This document shows positions 57,642-64,000 of a DNA stretch of 64,000 nucleotides, one piece after another (the first letter of the stretch is position 1; each line of letters opens with the position of its first letter). Position numbers and translations under genes: made by a program. This DNA comes from Pseudomonadota bacterium. Its GTDB lineage: Bacteria; Pseudomonadota; Alphaproteobacteria; MPNO01; UBA2964. The stretch is from positions 11,796-75,795 of the forward strand of contig JAYZBC010000051.1 of NCBI GenBank assembly GCA_036339375.1, given 5' to 3'. Below the pieces are notes generated by a model. The model was given only the letters and a program-made list of their open reading frames with translations, had not been told where the DNA came from and did no database searches.

Positions 57642-58505
57642 TTAAGGTGATGGTCTGAATCTTAATCTCAAAAAAGCGATGTAAATTAAGGCAGTAGCAA
57701 ACATAATTAGGCTGTATGTTGCTGCTGGTACTAAAGTGAGTCCTCCACCAAACAAAAGTGTTGCAACGGCAATTGCAAGAGTGCCATTTTGTAATCCACA
57801 TTCCAACGAAATAGCTATACGTTGTTTTGAACCGGTAGAAAAAATGGTTGCAACAAGGTATGCCAAAACCATCATAAACACGTTGAGGGCTAATGTAACC
57901 AAACCTGCTTGCGCAAAATATTCCAAGATGTTGCTTCGCTCCTGATAAATTGCACCAGCCAAAACCAACGCAAACAAAATCGCAGAAATTGTGCGTGCAA
58001 ATGGTTCAAAGCTCACTGCAAACTTTTCGGCAAAATGCCTCACGACTAGCCCAAGAAGTACAGGAATTGTAACAATTACAAACACATTCAACGCCATCCC
58101 AAGAATAGAGACCTCTTTGTTTCCTTTATCACCGATTAACTGATCGATGGAGAACATGACAATGAGTGGTATTGTGATGACACTCAGAAGGCTAATAATA
58201 GCTGTAAGAGAAATAGACAATGCAACATCGCCACGTGCAAATGCTGTAAGAAGATTAGAAGTCACTCCTCCGGGTGCCGCAGCAATAATCATAACACCAA
58301 GTGCAAGTTCCGGTGTGAGCTGCCATAGGCTGACTAAAAGAAAAGCCATCGCGGGCAAAAGAAAAATTTGGGAAAGCAAACCAACGACAAAATCACGTGG
58401 TTGTTTTGCAACCCGAGTAAAATCGGAAAATGTTAAACCGAGCCCGAGGGCAAACATAATAAAAGCCAGGGCAATTGGCAAAATAATATCAGTTACTATT
58501 CCCAT
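57642..58505 (-). CDS. Bile acid:sodium symporter (BASS) family transporter
   Basis: MFALGLGLT, PGGVTSN, ARGDVALS and ECGLQNG. Confidence 0.9.
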   Translation of the reverse strand: MGIVTDIILPIALAFIMFALGLGLTFSDFTRVAKQPRDFVVGLLSQIFLLPAMAFLLVSLWQLTPELALGVMIIAAAPGGVTSNLLTAFARGDVALSISLTAIISLLSVITIPLIVMFSIDQLIGDKGNKEVSILGMALNVFVIVTIPVLLGLVVRHFAEKFAVSFEPFARTISAILFALVLAGAIYQERSNILEYFAQAGLVTLALNVFMMVLAYLVATIFSTGSKQRIAISLECGLQNGTLAIAVATLLFGGGLTLVPAATYSLIMFATALIYIAFLRLRFRPSP

Positions 58506-58665
58506 AAAATACTCGTAAGCTAAAACCACTTAGAGAAATACTAAAATAATTCTTCGCCCGAATAAACGGTCTAATTTTTTCATCAAAATTTAATAAAAAT
58601 TTTCTATAAGATCTATTAAATAGGGGGAGTGTTTCCGCTGTTAAAAGGTGAAGAAACATAACAAG

Positions 58666-61600
58666 CTATTTTGCAATACTTGCTGAGAGTTGACGTGAGA
58701 CTAAGTGAGCATACAAGCCACCTCCTGACACAAGGCTAGAGTGGTCTCCAGTCTCCATTACCCTTCCCTCATCCAAAACAATAATTTGATCAGCATCACT
58801 GATCGTTGAAAGGCGGTGGGCAATTACAAGTGTGGTTCGTTCGAGACGCAGTTTGTCTAAGGCCTCTCGAACCAAACTTTCACTAATTGAATCCAGATGG
58901 GAAGTCGCCTCGTCAAGAATTAAGATAGGAGCATTTTTAAGAAATGCACGGGCAATGGCGACCCGTTGCCTCTGCCCGCCTGACAACTGCATTCCTCGTT
59001 CACCAACCGGCGTATCAAGTCCCTCCGGAAGTTCAGAAACAAAGTCCGCGAGCACTGCTTGCTCAACTGCCCTTTGAACATCTGATTCACTTGCCAAGGG
59101 TTCAGCAATTAAAATATTAGCTCTTAACGTATTGTTAAAAAGAAAGGTGTCCTGTGCAACTAAGGCTATTTTTTTGCGTAATTCAGCTAACTCATAATTG
59201 CGAATATCATGGCCGTTCATCGTTACAATCCCACAATTAGGGTCCCAAAAACGCATCATAAGATGCGCAATTGTTGTTTTTCCAGAACCCGAAGGGCCGA
59301 CTAGTGCAACGGTACTACCCTGGGCAACATTAAAACTAACTTTGTTAAGGGCATTACGGTTGACACCAAAATACGCAAAATCAACTTCAGACATTGCAAG
59401 TGCAGGGGTTTGTTTGGAAGGCTTAGAACTTACTCCGAGGCCGTCTGAGACCGATACAGTTTCGTCGTGGACAGCATAAAGGCGCCGAGTTGAGCCCAAG
59501 GTATCTGCCAACTGACGTCCAATATTGGCTATTTCGGATACTGGAAGAAAAGCAGACATCGCCAATAAAGTAAGTAATGGCAAAATTCCACTATCAAGAT
59601 TACCACTCATAACCAAAGATGTCCCGGTTATAACAATGACTAATCCACCCAACCCGGTAGCTACTTCAAGCAATGCCATTTGTATAGTTAGGTCTCTGAA
59701 GAAGGGCAAACGGAGTCGGTGGTGCTCTCGTACCTTAGATAAAAATTCCTTGCCCCTCAAAAACCCTTGTTGAAGTGCTGAAACTTCTGCTAGGCCTTGA
59801 ATCGTATCAACGGCATGAGCGTTAAGTTCACCTAACGCCTCACGGGCCTGTGATCCTAAAATATCAATACGCTTACGCATCAAGAACGGGCTGATAACCA
59901 CTACAGCAAGAAATGGTATTAACGACAAAGCCATATGCCAGTGAAATACACAAAGGGTTGTCAGCACCGCCGCAGGTACTACAAAAGACACGAAGGCTGG
60001 AGCTACTGTATGAGCGAAAAAATACTCTACAGTTTCAACATCGTGGGTAGCCATACCGACCAAATCGCCCGTGCGCCGGCGTACTAAGTAGGCGGGAGCT
60101 AACTGGTCCAACTTTTTAAACAAAGCCACCCTCATCTCCGCCAACAATTTGTATGCCATATCATGGGCAATCCATGATTCTATCCAGTGTAATAGACCAG
60201 CTAATGGCGCAACAATTGCAAGCCCAATTAGTGCATGCTCGAAAGGCGCCCCCGCCTTAACCGCCGCAACGGTAAGGCCGCTAAAAACACCAATACCAAT
60301 TAACGAGAATACCCTCATAACACCGAAAATAAATGTGAGAAATAATTGAACGCGCCTTGGAGAAACTAAGCGCAAAAGTTCAATAGTTGCCCTCCGCCAC
60401 CCCATTCCTTCTGCTCGAACGATAGCGTCAGTGGGCGAATTTTGTGCAATGTCATTTAACTCATTAGCTCGGTCCTCAACCGGAATTACACCACCCGGTT
60501 CTTTTAAATTCAAAAAAGAGCCAACTTCAAACTCCTTGACTTGTCGAGACATTAATCGATGGTAGGCACCACCGAGTTCCATTAATTCTTGATGAGTCCC
60601 AGTTTCAACTATGCGCCCGTCTTCCAATGCTAAAAGCCTGTCAGCGCCTATCACACTCGACAAACGATGCGCAAAAATTAGTGTAGTTCTTCCCACCATT
60701 AAACGGTCAAGTGCACCCTGGATTACAGCCTCATTTTCTGCATCAACAGAAGAAAGGGCTTCATCTAATACAAGAATTGGCGCATTGCGCAAAACAGCTC
60801 GCGCTATCGCAATACGTTGGCGTTGCCCTCCTGACAACCTAACGCCACGTTCTCCCACAACAGTTTTATACCCGTGAGGTAACAAGGTTATAAAATCGTG
60901 CGCATTTGCAACCTCTGCTGCCTCTTTTAACTCTTTTTGGGTAGCCTTTGGTTTACCCATCCGGAGATTGTCCTCGACAGTACCATGAAAAAGGTAGGTA
61001 TCCTGGTTTACGACTGCCAAACGACTCCGGATCTGTTCGAAATTGAGATTGCGCAAATCGTGCCCACCAATTTTGATACTGCCTTTCTGTGGGTCATAAT
61101 TGCGAAGGAGAAGACGGACGATAGAGGATTTTCCCGCCCCGCTGGGAGCTACAATACCAACACGCTCCCCCGCTTCCACTCTAAAACTCAACTCTCTGTG
61201 TGCAGGATTACGCCCTCCCGGATAAGCAAAGTTTACATTGTCAAATTCAATAGTTGCCGGAACTTCGTCTTGACCTAATGAAGTTGATTCAGGGTCACCG
61301 ATAGCCGGTAGGGAATCAAGAATTGAAAACACCCCCTGGGCGGCCGATTGTCCAACCATCCCTTGGTGTAAAAGTGTCCTAAGTTCCCGCAGTGGACGGA
61401 ATACTTCAATACCCATCATCAAAATTACAAGTAAAGCTTCTAAGCTCATCATTCCTGAAGAAACTCGGTAAGCCCCGATCCCCAAAGTAGCTGCAGCCCC
61501 AACCGCTATACCGGTATCGGCAATTCCACGCGCCATTGTGTTTGTTGCTAATACCCACATTGTACTGCTGAACAAAGCCTTTGCCTTTTTCTCTAACAAG

Positions 61601-62256
61601 CGTGCACGGGCACCGCTTTGACCAAAAGCCTTAAGTGTCCCAAGGCCTTGCACGGCATCAAGAAACTCAGCACTAAAATCTCCAAAATGGTGTTTTCGAG
61701 AACGGCTTGCACGACTATTCCATCGGTGAAAGGCCATCGGCAAAAAGAGGGTAACCAATGCAAAACCCAACAGAATTAATGCAATCGGCAAATCCAAAAA
61801 TGCTACAAATAAGAAAATTCCAATTGGCATGAGAAATGCCACCAAAATTTGGGGCAAATAACGACCAAAATATGTTTCTAATTGTTCAACGCCATCAATA
61901 ATTGACAAAATGACTTCGCCTGTCCTCTGGCGACCAAAATGAGCGGGACCTAATTCCATTACCTTTTCATAAAGGATTTTTCTTAAATTAACCTGGACCA
62001 GTGCTGCTGTCCGGTGGGCAGCCATATTACGTGCATATTCGAGAAAACCCCGAACCAACATAACTCCAGCTACAACCCCAAAAGGAACGATTAGTTCTTG
62101 TAGTGGTTCGGAACGAAATACCTTAGCGAGCAACCAACCCAGCAACGCCAGTCGGCCAATACCAAAAATTGCAGCTAACAAGCCAACAGCCGTCGAGCCC
62201 GCTATGCGAAGCCTTACGCCTTTAGTGAACTGCCATAATCGGGGGTCAAAATACAT
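58666..62256 (-). CDS. Fused double ABC transporter (TMD-NBD-TMD-NBD), CydD-CydC-like
   Basis: Two Walker A motifs (APSGAGKS, GPSGSGKT), two LSGGQRQR signatures, and ILVLDEA / ILILDEA. Confidence 0.92.
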   Translation of the reverse strand: MYFDPRLWQFTKGVRLRIAGSTAVGLLAAIFGIGRLALLGWLLAKVFRSEPLQELIVPFGVVAGVMLVRGFLEYARNMAAHRTAALVQVNLRKILYEKVMELGPAHFGRQRTGEVILSIIDGVEQLETYFGRYLPQILVAFLMPIGIFLFVAFLDLPIALILLGFALVTLFLPMAFHRWNSRASRSRKHHFGDFSAEFLDAVQGLGTLKAFGQSGARARLLEKKAKALFSSTMWVLATNTMARGIADTGIAVGAAATLGIGAYRVSSGMMSLEALLVILMMGIEVFRPLRELRTLLHQGMVGQSAAQGVFSILDSLPAIGDPESTSLGQDEVPATIEFDNVNFAYPGGRNPAHRELSFRVEAGERVGIVAPSGAGKSSIVRLLLRNYDPQKGSIKIGGHDLRNLNFEQIRSRLAVVNQDTYLFHGTVEDNLRMGKPKATQKELKEAAEVANAHDFITLLPHGYKTVVGERGVRLSGGQRQRIAIARAVLRNAPILVLDEALSSVDAENEAVIQGALDRLMVGRTTLIFAHRLSSVIGADRLLALEDGRIVETGTHQELMELGGAYHRLMSRQVKEFEVGSFLNLKEPGGVIPVEDRANELNDIAQNSPTDAIVRAEGMGWRRATIELLRLVSPRRVQLFLTFIFGVMRVFSLIGIGVFSGLTVAAVKAGAPFEHALIGLAIVAPLAGLLHWIESWIAHDMAYKLLAEMRVALFKKLDQLAPAYLVRRRTGDLVGMATHDVETVEYFFAHTVAPAFVSFVVPAAVLTTLCVFHWHMALSLIPFLAVVVISPFLMRKRIDILGSQAREALGELNAHAVDTIQGLAEVSALQQGFLRGKEFLSKVREHHRLRLPFFRDLTIQMALLEVATGLGGLVIVITGTSLVMSGNLDSGILPLLTLLAMSAFLPVSEIANIGRQLADTLGSTRRLYAVHDETVSVSDGLGVSSKPSKQTPALAMSEVDFAYFGVNRNALNKVSFNVAQGSTVALVGPSGSGKTTIAHLMMRFWDPNCGIVTMNGHDIRNYELAELRKKIALVAQDTFLFNNTLRANILIAEPLASESDVQRAVEQAVLADFVSELPEGLDTPVGERGMQLSGGQRQRVAIARAFLKNAPILILDEATSHLDSISESLVREALDKLRLERTTLVIAHRLSTISDADQIIVLDEGRVMETGDHSSLVSGGGLYAHLVSRQLSASIAK

Positions 62257-62512
62257 AGTTACTTGGATTGGGCCTAGTATTCAAAACAGTCAAAAGCCAT
62301 CCTCCCATTCTAATTTACTACAGAAAGTGGACAATTTATCACAAAAAGTTTTTGTTCTGTAATTTCGCAATAAGAAAAGAATTCCTACATAAAAGCCCAA
62401 GAATTGAAACATCGAACTTATTTGTTTGGCTACAAAACCGAATACCTACCCCCCGTTAAATACCCAGATGTTTTTGACACAAACACACTCCACATAACTG
62501 CATAAGGTTTAA

Positions 62513-64000
62513 TTACCGCCATTGATCAACTGAAAGTGTACAGTTCTCAGCGCGCCGAGCTTCTATAACCTTCCAAGCCCCTTGGGTTTTGCCTCCGGTT
62601 ACAACTATATTTATTTCATCCGTATTATACATTTTTAACATATCAGTGGGTTTCGCATTCAGGTAACTGGCATAAGGTTCAATACCAGCAACTGCGCGCG
62701 GACGAATAAGCGTTTGCACCCATTGTTCATTCCAATATTGATGTGCTGGCAAAACAGCATTGTCAGCACACCAGTCAATTAGTTTTTCTTTTGAATTAAA
62801 CCCTTTTTCAACAAAACCATTTGCGACAATTGGATCCATAACAAGCAATGGCGATTCTCTTGCTTCGCTGGCTGCAAATACCCGTTTTAATTTTGTCTGC
62901 CATTCTTCTCTTGGTCCAAATCCCGACTGCACATATCGTCCGCCACGAAAAACAGTGACTGAACTTTCATCCCTGCCAAAACCGAACCGGGTGTGAAGTG
63001 GTGCCCAAGGGCTATCCTCTTCGTTTTCTGAAATTGCAGGAGCGCAGGAGACAAAATTCCCAAGTGTTCCCATATAGGTATCGCCTGGAACGGAACCACC
63101 TTGCAGGTTTTGGGAAAGTAAATTCCAAGAACGTCCGATAGTTGAATTGGCACGATTAAAAGGCCCAAGGGCGCCGATACCACAATTCATTCCGATTTCA
63201 TTGCGAATTGGACCATTGACCACAGCAATCCCAGAAAACGATGTAGTGCTGCTAGAACGAGCGGTTTCGCCGCTCGCTGCCATAGCGAGAATAACTGGCA
63301 AATATTCCGGTTTAGCTCCTGCCATTACCGCATTAACAGCTACTTTTTCAACTGTAAATTCCCAAAACTCGCGAAACCCTGTTGGGCGCAGTTTTCCGAC
63401 GACTTCATCCGCTGAATGGCTTGTTCCTTTTAACATTGCCTGAACTCTATCTTCTGTAGGCAAATAGATAGGTAGAAAATCCGTCCAGTGTTTTTCCTCA
63501 AATAAATTTTTAAAATTTTCTTCTGTGTCAGGTTCCAAAAATTTAGGTGTATTACGCTCAAAAGAAATTCCTGAGAGATCGTTATCATTTAAAGGGTTGG
63601 TAAGACCCTCTAATATTTCTTGCATGAAAGGTCGACTACTAACCGGATCTTTTCCCTCTATGTATGCCCTCAAATCTGATGGGGAGCGATCCACAACTGG
63701 CTGAGGGACAAAGGCCTGTCGCATTGTTGGCATACCATTTGCCAAAGCAACTGATTTTGAAAGACGTGCAAATACATGGGTGTGTACTGCTATTGAGGGT
63801 ATTCCCGCTTCATCAAGAGCCATCCCTAGCCCGACGACCGTCGGGCTACAGGTGCTTCAAAGTCCAACACCTAGTATCGCTGCATCACCATCTTGAACAA
63901 TTTTTGAACGCATATCTGGATCATCAACCCAACTTTGCTGAGGTCTAATAATTTTCGTAATGACTTCTGGCATGTTCTCGGCGAACCACTCTTGAAGCTG
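62513..64000 (-). CDS. Selenoprotein with UxxC (U-S-T-C) motif: UGSC-like thioredoxin-fold domain fused to a large conserved domain; 5'-truncated by the window edge
   Basis: The frame is open from 64000 (QLQEWFAENMPE...GDAAILGVGL) through in-frame TGA 63857-63859 into STCSPTVVGLG-MALDEAG. That Met is the annotated start at 63823. A SECIS-like hairpin follows the TGA. Confidence 0.88.
63827..63848 (-). promoter_or_regulatory. Bacterial SECIS (selenocysteine insertion) hairpin
   Basis: Minus strand TAGCCCGAC-GGTC-GTCGGGCTA: perfect 9-bp stem with a GGUC loop; the first loop G is 18 nt after the UGA. Confidence 0.82.

Noticed and set aside
63857-63859. TGA as a true stop or pseudogene lesion, or a separate gene starting at 63823
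   Set aside because: The frame is open on both sides, a Cys lies three codons later, and a perfect SECIS-like hairpin follows. There is no RBS before 63823. Sec recoding explains all of this better.
149-63948. Numerous 60-165 aa ORFs antisense or out-of-frame to major genes (e.g. 149-517, 11906-12400, 18141-18443, 58147-58518, 63664-63948)
   Set aside because: They overlap well-supported genes and show no recognisable motifs or RBS; they are shadow ORFs.
1-64000. CRISPR arrays, IS elements or integrases, prophage, tRNA and rRNA
   Set aside because: I saw no periodic repeats, transposase or integrase ORFs, phage genes or structural-RNA signatures.

Overview
This 64 kb AT-rich bacterial window is almost entirely coding and packed with catabolic enzymes for aromatic, heterocyclic and CoA-activated substrates. 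The style suggests an environmental proteobacterium, but that is an inference. Contents: two tripartite tricarboxylate transporters (one a TctA-TctB fusion); two crotonases (one a hydroxycinnamoyl-CoA hydratase/lyase); three tandem SDR paralogs; a decayed VOC/extradiol-dioxygenase-like pseudogene; two UbiD-family decarboxylases; a nicotinate-dehydrogenase-like Mo-hydroxylase; a divergent acyl-CoA module (split heteromeric ACAD pair, ADP-forming CoA ligase, thiolase-like protein plus DUF35); three gentisate-type cupin dioxygenases; an LVIVD propeller-cupin-hydantoinase A/B-LLM operon; a CADD-like diiron enzyme; lutABC; a divergent GGT-family hydrolase; and a fused double ABC transporter. The strongest hidden signal is at the right edge. 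The ORF called at 62513..63823(-) is really the 3' part of a protein of at least 495 aa. That protein reads through an in-frame UGA (63857-63859) in a U-S-T-C redox motif, followed by a perfect 9-bp hairpin with a GGUC loop (a bacterial SECIS), so it is a selenoprotein missed by the ORF track. I found no transcription regulator, rRNA, tRNA, CRISPR array or mobile element.
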